NCBI GenBank assembly: GCA_039028615.1
Contig: JBCCHT010000020.1
Coordinates: 32,001 to 96,000 of the forward strand
Direction: 5' to 3'
Length of the DNA stretch: 64,000 nt
Source: Myxococcota bacterium
GTDB taxonomy: Bacteria; Myxococcota_A; Polyangia; Nannocystales; Nannocystaceae
The translations under genes were made by a program, and so were the position numbers. Shown here piece by piece: positions 45,890 to 55,088 of the stretch. The notes beneath the pieces were generated by a model. The model had not been told where the DNA came from and did no database searches. It saw only the letters and a list, made by a program, of their open reading frames with translations. Position 1 is the first letter of the stretch; every line of letters begins with the position of its first letter.

Positions 45890-46528
45890 TCACGGGGCGC
45901 AGCTGGAGGTGTCGAGCTGGCAGAACTCGGTGCAGGGCAAGGGCTCGGTGCCGGGGCCCAGGCCGAGGCTCTCGCAGGTGTCGGTGGGCGGACGGTCGAG
46001 CTCGCAGTTCTCGCCATCACCGATGACGGTATCGCCACAATACCCGCACAGATCGAAGCGATACTGACAGCTGGCCAAGCCGCAGTCGAGCAGCCCTCCC
46101 GTGTAGATGCGATCGGGAAACGCGGGGTTGGTCAGGCCCGCACACTCGGCGAAGTTCAGGCCCTCGGGGGTGCAGAAGTCCTTGGCGCAGTCGCATTGCT
46201 CAGTGGCATCGATGATCCCGTTGCCACAGCACGAGTGACAGACCGGCCCTTCGGCGACGTCGCCGAAGTCGTCGCCCGCGGTGGTGCCGGTCGAAGGATC
46301 GGAGGTCGTGCCCGAGCTCGTGCCCGGGCTCGTGCCGGACGTCGTGTCCGCGCCACCGCTTCCGCTCGTGGTCCCGGGCACGACGCTGGTCGCCCCGGGC
46401 CCGGTGGTCGCCCCCTCACTCGTGCTCTCGGTGTCGCCGTTGCTCGAGCTCGTGTCGGTGAGGATGAACGGAGCGGGACAGCCCGAGCCCAACACGGCGA
46501 GGAGGCCGATCCATGGTTTCAATCTCAT
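45890..46528 (-). CDS. Cys-rich lipoprotein with a Thr/Ser-rich linker
   Basis: Lipobox GSGC; CGNGIIDATEQCD and CGDTVIGDGENCE myxococcal Cys-rich repeats. Confidence 0.8.
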   Translation of the reverse strand: MRLKPWIGLLAVLGSGCPAPFILTDTSSSNGDTESTSEGATTGPGATSVVPGTTSGSGGADTTSGTSPGTSSGTTSDPSTGTTAGDDFGDVAEGPVCHSCCGNGIIDATEQCDCAKDFCTPEGLNFAECAGLTNPAFPDRIYTGGLLDCGLASCQYRFDLCGYCGDTVIGDGENCELDRPPTDTCESLGLGPGTEPLPCTEFCQLDTSSCAP

Positions 46529-46623
46529 ATGCATAGGCGAACTCGACCGCGCCATCGTACCGCGGAGGTCGACGCTCGTTTTCGCGATTGCCGGCCCTGC
46601 GCCCATCGACTAGAGGTTAGTCA

Positions 46624-47244
46624 ATGAGGCGATGTCGGACGGAGAGTCGATGGATGATCGTCGCGGCGATGCCCGTCGTGCTCGCGTGCCGGCCGGGCTC
46701 GTCTCCCGCTCCCGAATCGGCCGAAGCCTCCCCTTCGTCCGCGGCCGAGCCCGTTGCCGCCGCAGAACCCGAGGCCTCCGAAGCTCCAGCTCGAACGCCC
46801 GAGGTCGTGACGCCGCCGCTGGACGACGCGACCCCGTTTCCCCACGTGGAGGGCGTCGGCTCCTCGGAGCGACTTCGCACGATCCGCCAGGCCATGGTCG
46901 CCAGAGGCCTGCCCGATGGCGTCTGGGTACGAATCTCGACCACGGACATCGCCACCGAGTCCACCGTCGTCCTCGAACTCGACCGCGGCTCGATCCCCGG
47001 CATCACCGACTCGGAACAGGCCAAGACGGTCGACGTGCCCGAGCTGGTGCAGGCGCTGAAGGCCGCGGCGCACGAGGCCCCCGAAGGCGTGGAGAAAAAC
47101 CTCGTGCTGCTCGGCGACCAGAACCTTCGCTTTTTCACCCTCACCGCGACCATGCGCGCGGCCGGCCAAGCGGGGCTCACGACCTACGCTTTCCTCGTCG
47201 AGGAACCCGACGGCACCGTACGTCTGCGAGCCGAGGAGGAGTAG
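46624..47244 (+). CDS. Lipoprotein with an ExbD/TolR-like periplasmic domain
   Basis: VLAC lipobox, A/P/E linker, LVLLGDQNLRFFTLTATMRAAGQAGLTTYAFLV. Confidence 0.6.
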   Translation: MRRCRTESRWMIVAAMPVVLACRPGSSPAPESAEASPSSAAEPVAAAEPEASEAPARTPEVVTPPLDDATPFPHVEGVGSSERLRTIRQAMVARGLPDGVWVRISTTDIATESTVVLELDRGSIPGITDSEQAKTVDVPELVQALKAAAHEAPEGVEKNLVLLGDQNLRFFTLTATMRAAGQAGLTTYAFLVEEPDGTVRLRAEEE

Positions 47245-47253
47245 GCGAGCGGT

Positions 47254-48285
47254 TCAGGGCCGACGCGCGGCCCGCCAGATACGTCCGCCGTCGTGGTCGA
47301 CCACGAGCAGGTTGCCCTGGGCGTCCAGGCTGAGCCCCCGGACTTCGCTGAGCTGGGGTGCTCCCGCGAAGCGTTGAATGGTGCCGGAGGGATCGACGAA
47401 CCAGACCGTGTCCGACTCGTGTGTCCCCAAGAAGTAGCCCCCGGAGGCATCGAACCATAGCGCCCGCACCCCGGGCAGTGCGGTACGCAGGGCCGCCGAG
47501 CCATCCCCTCCGCCCGAGGACTCACCCGTGCCCGCGATCGGGGTCGCGGTGCCGTCGGCCGCGAGCCGAAACACCCGACCCGCCCTGCGATCGGTCACCA
47601 CCAGCCGTCCTTCGAGATCGAGCGCGAGGTTGCCCAGCGACCGAAACCCCGACGCATACACCTGTACCCCGGCCTGCGGCGACCAGCGCAAGACCTCGGT
47701 GTTCGAGGCCACGAACGCTCGCGTCTCGTCGTCGCTGACCCACAGCCCACGACCGATCGAGATGCCCTGTGGGACCTCGAACAGCGTCGTCAGGGTCCCT
47801 CGTGCATCGAGGCGCTGGATGGCCGAGTGACCGAGGTCGAGGATGTACACGACCCCCGTGCCCGCGACCCACAGCCCGTTGGGCGACTTCAGCTCGGGCG
47901 CCCCCGCCACGGTGACGATGGTGCCGGCCGGATCGATCTTGCGGACCGCTTGCGCATCCTTGTCGGCGACGAACAGGTTGCCCGTCGCGTCCGCCATGAC
48001 GAAGTGCGGCCGTGAGAGCTCGGCCTGGAGGGCGGGCCCTGCCTCGTACTCGGCCTTCCACCCGTCGACGCCTTTGCGCTCGATCCGGGCCGTGCCCGCC
48101 ACGAGCTTCAGCTCACCGAAGCACGCCCGCATCTGCTCGGGGCGGCACGATGCCGGGTCGGGCCGCGCGGTCGAGTCGGGAGCGCCCGCGGGCACGCCTC
48201 CCGAGGGCGTCGAGGCGCTCTGGCCCGAACACGCGAACATCATCGCGGCCATCGCCACCAGCCAACCGAGCCGACGTGCTGCCAT
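47254..48285 (-). CDS. NHL-repeat beta-propeller lipoprotein
   Basis: MFAC lipobox; GNLFVAD...VRKIDPAGTIVTVAG repeats. Confidence 0.85.
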   Translation of the reverse strand: MAARRLGWLVAMAAMMFACSGQSASTPSGGVPAGAPDSTARPDPASCRPEQMRACFGELKLVAGTARIERKGVDGWKAEYEAGPALQAELSRPHFVMADATGNLFVADKDAQAVRKIDPAGTIVTVAGAPELKSPNGLWVAGTGVVYILDLGHSAIQRLDARGTLTTLFEVPQGISIGRGLWVSDDETRAFVASNTEVLRWSPQAGVQVYASGFRSLGNLALDLEGRLVVTDRRAGRVFRLAADGTATPIAGTGESSGGGDGSAALRTALPGVRALWFDASGGYFLGTHESDTVWFVDPSGTIQRFAGAPQLSEVRGLSLDAQGNLLVVDHDGGRIWRAARRP

Positions 48286-49452
48286 CTACTTCACCGTTCC
48301 GCAGGGGCCTTCGAAACCCCCGGGCGCGAGGCGAACGTGAACTGGCCCCCAGACCGTCGGCAGCGCGAGCGCCTCGCCCCCGATCGCCGCCATCGTGGTC
48401 TCCTTCATCACGCAGCCGACCACCGTCGGTTGGTCGGGCGCGAGCAGGAACGTCCCCGCCGCGATCTTCACCCGCGGGGCTCGGCCCACGTCGCCCCACG
48501 ACAGCCTCATGCGGGGCCAGCCTCGACCGCAGCCATAGCCGATCCCGTACTCCGGCTGAAACACGTCCCGCGCACGCACATAGCCGACGTAGGAGACCTC
48601 GATGTCGCATCCCGGCTGGAACTCGACCAAGTGATAGCCCCGGTTGGGCTTGTCGGTGAGCAGCTGGACCTCGTCGTCCTCGCCCAGCTCGATCAGCACC
48701 TTGCCCCCCGGTCGCACGCGCAAGGCGGTGGCCTTCTTCGTTCGGTAGGGAGGCAGGGGATCGGTCGCGGGCGGGGCCGTAGTGGCCGAGGGCTCGGGCG
48801 TGGCCGGGCCGATGGTGGTGCCGAGCGCCGAGGTGTCGATCCAGCCGCTCCAGCTCTGCTCAGGGCCCGTCCAGCGGACCTCGCTCGCCTCACCGTCGGC
48901 GCCGATGACATCGACCCAGGTCCCGCGCTCGACGATCACGTGACCGCGCTTGGGCGGGTCAGCGAAGCGAAACGCAGGATCGGGGCGCAGCCGGGCCCGC
49001 GTGGAGAGCAGGGGCTGGGCATCCGCACGGTCCACGTGCACCAACAGCCGCACCCCGCCCTGGTTGACCACCACCCGCGGCCGCTCGCCGTCGTCGACGA
49101 CCATCATCGGGTGGGCGGTGGGAAAGGCCTTGCCGTCGGCCAAGCCGTACTCGGGTCCGTCCGCTCGCAACCGCACCCCGCCGCGACGCGCCATCGCCAT
49201 GCGGGTCGACGCGCCCATCCACGAGATCCACTTCGCGCCGAGTACGTCGGCCACCTCGTCGTAGCCCTCGAGCTCGATCTTCGGCTCGGGCTCCGGTTCC
49301 TCGACCACGGGGGTGGGCGACGGCTCGGGCACGCGAATCGCCACCGGCTCCGGCTCCGCGCTCACCGGGTCGGGCGTGCTCTTGCCCGCACAGGACAGCG
49401 AGACCAGGGTCCCCACGACGACCACGGACGAGCGAAGGGGCACGGCCACCAT
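48286..49452 (-). CDS. Hypothetical lipoprotein (possible SH3b-like domains)
   Basis: LSC lipobox, P/E linker, WSGWID and YVGYVR motifs; abuts the NHL gene. Confidence 0.7.
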   Translation of the reverse strand: MVAVPLRSSVVVVGTLVSLSCAGKSTPDPVSAEPEPVAIRVPEPSPTPVVEEPEPEPKIELEGYDEVADVLGAKWISWMGASTRMAMARRGGVRLRADGPEYGLADGKAFPTAHPMMVVDDGERPRVVVNQGGVRLLVHVDRADAQPLLSTRARLRPDPAFRFADPPKRGHVIVERGTWVDVIGADGEASEVRWTGPEQSWSGWIDTSALGTTIGPATPEPSATTAPPATDPLPPYRTKKATALRVRPGGKVLIELGEDDEVQLLTDKPNRGYHLVEFQPGCDIEVSYVGYVRARDVFQPEYGIGYGCGRGWPRMRLSWGDVGRAPRVKIAAGTFLLAPDQPTVVGCVMKETTMAAIGGEALALPTVWGPVHVRLAPGGFEGPCGTVK

Positions 49453-49593
49453 GCGACGACCCTAGCACCGACGCGGACGTCCACGCATCGGTCGGTCGGC
49501 GAAGCCGTCGTGCCCGCTCGCCGTCGGGTCATTCCAACGTCAGCGGGCCCCCGCCACGCGGGAGCCCTCGCCGTGCATGAGGATCGAGCGAGC

Positions 49594-49977
49594 TCAGCTC
49601 ACTCGAGAGCCGAGGCGCACATGGGCGGTGACCAGCAGCACGATCATCACGATCTCCTGCCCCACGTGCCCCACGAACCCGGTCGGCATGCCATCGAAGG
49701 CCAAGCCCGCCATGCGTCCGATCAGCGCCATGGTGATGAGTAGGGCCGAAGCCAGAAACCACTGCGAGTACCGAGCCCGCAGGCCCAACCCGATCATGAT
49801 CCCGATGCTCGCGAGGAAGGCTCCGTGCCCGGCTCGCAGCGTGCTCAGGCCTTCCACCCCGCGGGGATCGACCGCGAGCTGATCCACCATCGCGGTGGGG
49901 TTGAACATGATCGTCAGGCCGAAGCCGAGCATCACGATGACGAAGATTCCGAGGATGATTCGAAGGGCCGTGTTCAT
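49594..49977 (-). CDS. DUF4345-like four-TM membrane protein
   Basis: Four hydrophobic segments, GLSTLRA, GRMAGLAFDG. Confidence 0.72.
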   Translation of the reverse strand: MNTALRIILGIFVIVMLGFGLTIMFNPTAMVDQLAVDPRGVEGLSTLRAGHGAFLASIGIMIGLGLRARYSQWFLASALLITMALIGRMAGLAFDGMPTGFVGHVGQEIVMIVLLVTAHVRLGSRVS

Positions 49978-50185
49978 GGTCGGGCTTGCTCCCAACCAAC
50001 ACGCCCGCGCCGCGCCGACCCGGCAGCAGCTCGCGAAACGAGCCGCGCGACCGGGGTCGGCACAGCGAGCGGTGAAGGCCGCGGCGGCCTTCGCTCGAAA
50101 ATGTCCATCAACGGGGGAGTACGGGGGTCTAGGCGTCCATCTAGAGTCGCGGCGGGCGGGCCTCGCCTCGCGACGTCTTCAGGCT

Positions 50186-50249
50186 AGTTTTTCGTTCTCG
50201 GGAAAACAACGATCAAAATCGCCGCTCAAAAACCCGAAAACGAAAAACT
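50186..50249 (-). other. Long hairpin downstream of the molybdoenzyme gene
   Basis: 17-bp arms AGTTTTTCGTT(C/T)TCGGG with one mismatch; the inner stem pairs through G-U on the minus strand. Confidence 0.6.
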
Positions 50250-50275
50250 GCCGCCGGCCTCGGCGCCCCGACGCT

Positions 50276-52963
50276 CTACTCGAGCTTGGCGATGTGGCCC
50301 CGCCCGAGCTTGAACGAGTACATCCCGTTGATCGGATCGGTGGTGTTGCTGACCACGTTGTTGGCCGCCTGCGACACGTCGCCCAGGAAGTTGAAGTAGG
50401 CGCAGCTGACCCCCGCGGGCAGGCGCTCGCTGATCTCGGCCATCGCCTCGAACGAGCCGGCCGCCGACGACATCGGCTCGAGATCGGGATCGACGACGTC
50501 GGAGTTGCGGACCTCGATGCGGTCGCCGCTGACGATGCCCAGGACCGCGGCATCCTGCGCGTTGAGCTCGACCACGTTGTAGGGCATCTGCATCCGACGA
50601 TGAGCGATGCGCTCGTCCTCGACCATCGCGCTCCAGGTTCGAGAGTCGCGGCGGTTGATGACCCACAGCTCACCGTCGCGAGGCGCGAGCATGTCCTGCC
50701 GCTCGACGACATCGTCCCAGTCACCCCGAGCAAAGATCGCCTTGCCCGTGGCCGTCTTGAAGCCGCCGCGCTCCCCCGCCGTGACCTCGGCCACCTCGGC
50801 GTCGTGAAAGCGCGGTGTCTGCTGGATGACGCCGTCTTCGAGACGCAAGGGGCACTGCAACCCCGAGGTCCCGTACTCGGCGAGGACGTCGTGGGCGGGC
50901 CGTCCCTGCTCGCGCGCCTGCTCGACCAACGCTCCGTAGGCCTGCGTGCCCCCGGACACGGCCGACGCCTCTTCGAAGACCTCGTTGCTCGAGCCCCACT
51001 CGAAGCCGGTGTAGCCCATGCGCCGCGCGATGCTGGCCACGATGCTCCAGTCGTCGCGCGTCTGGCCCGGGGCATCGCAGATCTGTGCATAGTGACGGAG
51101 CCGACGCTCGCCCTGCATGCGGGTGAACGACCCCTCGCCCCACGACGTGGCGGGCAGCACCAGGTCGGCCAGGTCGGTGAGGCTCTGCGGATACAGGTCC
51201 TGCTGCACCAGCACCATGCCGCCCGCGTCGGCGCGAGCACACAAGGCGGCGATGACCGCCTCGCGGTCGAGACCCCCTTGCGGCCCATTGGGTCGCGCGA
51301 TGGACTCGTCGACCTGAGGACCGGTCTCCCGTACGAGCTGCCGCATGCGCACGAACAATGGACCCGCCGCCGCGGTGCCGCCCCCGGCCCACGTGCACCC
51401 GATCGCCCACGCCATGCGCAGGTTGCCCTCGATGACCCATGCGTCGAGGTTGAGCCCCGCGGGGCGCCCCTCGAGGGTGTGCGGGGAGGCATCACTCGGG
51501 TACGAAGCAGCCCGCATCATCCCCCGCTGGTGCCCGCCACCCCGCGACACGACGCGGCCGGGGCGGTTGCCTGCGCCCACCAGCAAGCCCAGGCTGACCA
51601 AGGACGCACTGTTGGCGAAGTTGTGCGACCAGTAGTTGCCCTTCTCGAGCATCAGCGAGGCCCGAGGGCGACGCACCTCGCCGGCCGAGTCCAGCCCCGC
51701 TTCGGCCAGCCATGCCGCCGCCTGCTCGATCTTCTCGGCCGGCACCGAGGTGATGCGCTCCGCCTCGGCGAGGGTGTAGCGATCGTCGCCCTCGATCATC
51801 TCCCGCCACGAGGCAAAGTCCTGGCCGTAGGCGGTGCGCATATCGTGGCCCTCGCGCTCTTGCTCGAGCTCCTCGGCAGACACCACGTAGCGCTCGATGA
51901 ACTCCGCGTCGTGCCACCCTCGCTCGAGGATCACCCGGGCGATGGCGTTGTTGAGCACGGTGTCGGTGCCCGGCCGCACCTGCAGGTGCAGGCCACCCCG
52001 CTGCTCGGCGATCTCGGCGGTGACCGAGCGCCGCGGGTCGACCACGATGAGCCGCTTGACCCGTCGCCCCTGTTCGTCGACCAGGGCTTCCCCCGTGGGC
52101 TCGGCGAGGATCCAGTTGCTGAACAGCACCCCGCGAGCCTCGTACGCCGCCACCCCGGACAGCAGCACCACATCGGCCTCGCGCCAGTCCTCGTAGCCCG
52201 CGCTGAAGGCATCGACCCCCGCCACCGACAGGCCCGGCGTCGAGCTGCCCGAGCGCGGCTGATCGTGCGGGGCCCAGCACGGGGTCCCCACCGCGTCGAA
52301 GGCCAGCTTGGTGATCGCGTAGGTGTTCTCGTAAAACTGATAGGTATAGGTCTTGAGCCCCCAGCCGAGCGGGCCATGGTTGTCGATGACGTGCCGACCG
52401 ACCCGGGCCGCAATCTCGATCGCGTCGTCCCAGTCGATCTCGACCATCTCCTCGCCCACACGCAGCGCGGGCCGCAAGAACCGGTCCTGCTTGAGCTCGT
52501 CGTCGGGGGAGTAGAGCCGTCGCGCCAGCACCCCGCCCAGGTTGTGGTCGCCCATGGGGTTGACCACCTCCGCCTCCCAGTCGGGCAGCACCACCACGTG
52601 ATGCGGCACGCCGTCGACGGCCACGATGTTGTGCTGGTTGGGCGAGATCCACGGAGCGTTGGGCATGCGCGTGGGAAAGTCGATGCCCAGCGCGTTGTCC
52701 TCGGCGGCGGGACCTCCCGAGGCGCGGTCGACCGGCCAGCGGAAGATTCGATACCCGCAGCCGACGATGCAGAATGCACACGCGGAGGTGAGTTCTTCGG
52801 CGTCGACGGGCGGAAGGAACAGAGCCCCGGACGGGCCGACCGCGTCGTCGGCCTGCGCGGATCGACTCTTGGCCAGCGGCACCAGGGCGGCCCCACCGAG
52901 CGCCAGACGGCCGAAGCGACGACGACCGAGATCGGCCGCGGTCTTCTTGGAGCGAGCGGCCAT
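50276..52963 (-). CDS. DMSO-reductase-family molybdoenzyme large subunit, AioA/IdrA lineage (IdrA-like)
   Basis: CAFCIVGCGY [3Fe-4S] motif; WISPNQHN; KTYTYQFYENTYAITKLAF; HDQP; EKGNYWS; GGHQRG; ERRLRHY; YSFKLGRG; N-terminal RRRF. Confidence 0.88.
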   Translation of the reverse strand: MAARSKKTAADLGRRRFGRLALGGAALVPLAKSRSAQADDAVGPSGALFLPPVDAEELTSACAFCIVGCGYRIFRWPVDRASGGPAAEDNALGIDFPTRMPNAPWISPNQHNIVAVDGVPHHVVVLPDWEAEVVNPMGDHNLGGVLARRLYSPDDELKQDRFLRPALRVGEEMVEIDWDDAIEIAARVGRHVIDNHGPLGWGLKTYTYQFYENTYAITKLAFDAVGTPCWAPHDQPRSGSSTPGLSVAGVDAFSAGYEDWREADVVLLSGVAAYEARGVLFSNWILAEPTGEALVDEQGRRVKRLIVVDPRRSVTAEIAEQRGGLHLQVRPGTDTVLNNAIARVILERGWHDAEFIERYVVSAEELEQEREGHDMRTAYGQDFASWREMIEGDDRYTLAEAERITSVPAEKIEQAAAWLAEAGLDSAGEVRRPRASLMLEKGNYWSHNFANSASLVSLGLLVGAGNRPGRVVSRGGGHQRGMMRAASYPSDASPHTLEGRPAGLNLDAWVIEGNLRMAWAIGCTWAGGGTAAAGPLFVRMRQLVRETGPQVDESIARPNGPQGGLDREAVIAALCARADAGGMVLVQQDLYPQSLTDLADLVLPATSWGEGSFTRMQGERRLRHYAQICDAPGQTRDDWSIVASIARRMGYTGFEWGSSNEVFEEASAVSGGTQAYGALVEQAREQGRPAHDVLAEYGTSGLQCPLRLEDGVIQQTPRFHDAEVAEVTAGERGGFKTATGKAIFARGDWDDVVERQDMLAPRDGELWVINRRDSRTWSAMVEDERIAHRRMQMPYNVVELNAQDAAVLGIVSGDRIEVRNSDVVDPDLEPMSSAAGSFEAMAEISERLPAGVSCAYFNFLGDVSQAANNVVSNTTDPINGMYSFKLGRGHIAKLE

Positions 52964-53514
52964 CAGGCACCTCCGTTCGGCACGCTCAGCGCGGTGTCCT
53001 CGGACAGCGCCTCACCGTAGGCGAGCCGTACCGGGGCGCGCGCGAGCACCTGCTCCCCCTCCACCCTCAGCTCGATGCGCGGCAGGTTCGATGCCGCCCG
53101 CCCGTAGACCATGCCGCCGTCTCGACGCAGATCGAACAAGCTTTGGTGGCAGCCACAGGGGCCGATGCACCCGGTGGCCGCGTCGACGCCATCGAGACCC
53201 AGCGGGCAGCCCATGTGCGGGCAGACGCTGGAGAACGCCACGATCCGCGACTGTGGCCCCACCCCGTGCTCCGCCGTGTCGTTCAGGCGAACCACGAAGC
53301 AGGCGCTGCCGTCGGGCAGCTCGAAGGGCACCGCTTCGCCGCCCTCCAGCTCGTCGGTCCGAGCGACCGCAATCCACTGCGACCCCTCGGCATCGGCCGT
53401 GCATCCGCCGACCATGGCCACGGAGACTCCCCCCACGACCGCTCGCCCCAACGCCCGACGGGATAACGCCGGACTACGTCGAGGGCCCCCACGACTCGAA
53501 TTCATGCTCGTCAT
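52963..53514 (-). CDS. Rieske [2Fe-2S] small subunit (AioB/IdrB-like)
   Basis: SRRAL Tat signal; GVGPQSRIVAFSSVCPHMGC; CGCHQSLFD; NLPRIEL; its TGA overlaps the large-subunit ATG. Confidence 0.9.
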   Translation of the reverse strand: MTSMNSSRGGPRRSPALSRRALGRAVVGGVSVAMVGGCTADAEGSQWIAVARTDELEGGEAVPFELPDGSACFVVRLNDTAEHGVGPQSRIVAFSSVCPHMGCPLGLDGVDAATGCIGPCGCHQSLFDLRRDGGMVYGRAASNLPRIELRVEGEQVLARAPVRLAYGEALSEDTALSVPNGGA

Positions 53515-53639
53515 CGAAATCCATTCCCCCGGACCGCATACGCATCCCAGTGGCGGCCGTGCTCCACCGACGCATGCCCATGCAGGCACGCGCACGCCGA
53601 GGCTCGACCCGCCGTCGCTTCAATCGACCGTCGCTCAAC

Positions 53640-54000
53640 TGTGGTACTTCGACGTTCGTAATGCAGTCGTATCGATGGGAGAAATTGAATGGATCACTGA
53701 CAATTGCAAGAAGAAATCTCCCTACAACATTGGTAACTTCATAATCGGCCAGCCGGACTGTCGCGCAGGCTACGCTAGCGGTTCGAATCCTCGTGAATTG
53801 GGATAATCGATGTTCTACGACCAGACGCTCGCAATCGCGCGCCCAACGCGGCGGCTCCGAGGACCGAGCATTCCACGCAAGGATGGCCTAATCCACAAGA
53901 CAAAAGTGTAGAAATTAATTGTAGTGATTCGGACTGCATAATTCGACTGCCGAATTATGACAGTGTCACTGCCATAGCGGCATCAATTACTCATACCGAT
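53640..54000. promoter_or_regulatory. AT-rich regulatory region upstream of the Rieske/molybdoenzyme operon
   Basis: Clearly lower-GC non-coding stretch; includes the palindrome TGACAGTGTCA at 53958-53968. Confidence 0.45.
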
Positions 54001-54026
54001 GGCAGAGATTGCACCCGCCCCTGAAA

Positions 54027-55010
54027 TCAGGGCACGACCCAATCGTCGTCGAAGAACACCTCGGCGACCAAACCCGCCACGACCGGATCGTAGGCCGAAA
54101 GCTCGGCTCGAGTATCGACGTGATTATGGACGCCATCGGGCGGTTCGGCCTCGAGATTCGCGTTGAACCAGCTCTGCACCGCTTCGGCCCAATACTCGCG
54201 GTCGTTCGTGCTGGCGTAGGTCTCGGACCACAGGCCCGCCGCCAGGGCGTCGGTATGGGCGGCCACGAGCTGTTGCTGCTTGGCGCCCCCATCGGGCAGG
54301 AGCTGCACGCCGACCCCCCAGAGGGTGTGTGAAAATTCGTGCACCATGATGCTCTCGCCGGCATAGCCGTCGCCGGGCAGGTGCAGCAGGTTCTCCTCAC
54401 CCACGGTGGAGGCCGGGCGTTCGAGGGTCGCTCCCAGCCCCCGCGCCCGGTTGTCCCAGTCGATGCCCGGGAATACATCGTAGAGATCGGCATGCTCGGG
54501 GATGTCGGTGGTCACCTCATCCACCGCCATGATCCCCACGCGAATGCGATTGTCCACCAGCTGCGCATGCACATCCGGCCGCATGGCGAGCATGTGCTGC
54601 ACGATCTCGCAGGCCACCACGAACGCCTCGGGCTGCACGTTCGCCGATCCCAAGATCGGCAGGCCCTCGAAGTCGAGGTGCTGCTCATAGAAGGAAGACA
54701 GCGCCCACGCTCTCACGAGCTCCGCCGGGGGAGCGCCGACGAGCTCGAGTTGGCAGGGATCGACCATGGATCCCGTGCTCCCCGCAGCCGTCTCGTCGGC
54801 GCCCGCGGTCGTGCCCGCAGTGGTGGATCCGCCGGAACCAGCGTTGCCGCCCGACGTGGGCTCCACGGGAGCGGTGGTCTGCGGCGTGGGCGTGGGCGAC
54901 GTGCCCGTGCCCTCGCTCGAGGCGGCAGGCGTCGTTCCAGCCCCACCGCAGGTACAGCCCCCTGCGACGAGAACACACAGCCAACCGCGATGGAGCCAGG
55001 CGCGTCGCAT
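54027..55010 (-). CDS. Exported zinc metallopeptidase (HExxH, lethal-factor/M34-like)
   Basis: Signal with AGGC, T/S linker, RARGLG, VHEFSH, YASTNDREYWAEAVQSWF. Confidence 0.8.
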   Translation of the reverse strand: MRRAWLHRGWLCVLVAGGCTCGGAGTTPAASSEGTGTSPTPTPQTTAPVEPTSGGNAGSGGSTTAGTTAGADETAAGSTGSMVDPCQLELVGAPPAELVRAWALSSFYEQHLDFEGLPILGSANVQPEAFVVACEIVQHMLAMRPDVHAQLVDNRIRVGIMAVDEVTTDIPEHADLYDVFPGIDWDNRARGLGATLERPASTVGEENLLHLPGDGYAGESIMVHEFSHTLWGVGVQLLPDGGAKQQQLVAAHTDALAAGLWSETYASTNDREYWAEAVQSWFNANLEAEPPDGVHNHVDTRAELSAYDPVVAGLVAEVFFDDDWVVP

Positions 55011-55088
55011 CCTCCCGACGATACAACGCCATCGCCCGGCCCATGCCTGCCGCCTGCGGCAAAAGCGATGAGATGCCACCGAACGAGG

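Noticed and set aside
50276..52963. Assigning the gene symbol aioA or idrA
   Set aside because: AioA motifs are absent, and the gene context differs from idrABP1P2; a phylogeny is needed.
49895..53020. Very long antisense ORFs (also 20419..23661, 29702..32362, 36361..38472, 38588..41443)
   Set aside because: Stop-poor shadow frames of genuine GC-rich genes on the opposite strand.
53684..53700. FNR box (TTGAATGGATCAC)
   Set aside because: Spacing and half-sites do not fit TTGAT-N4-ATCAA.
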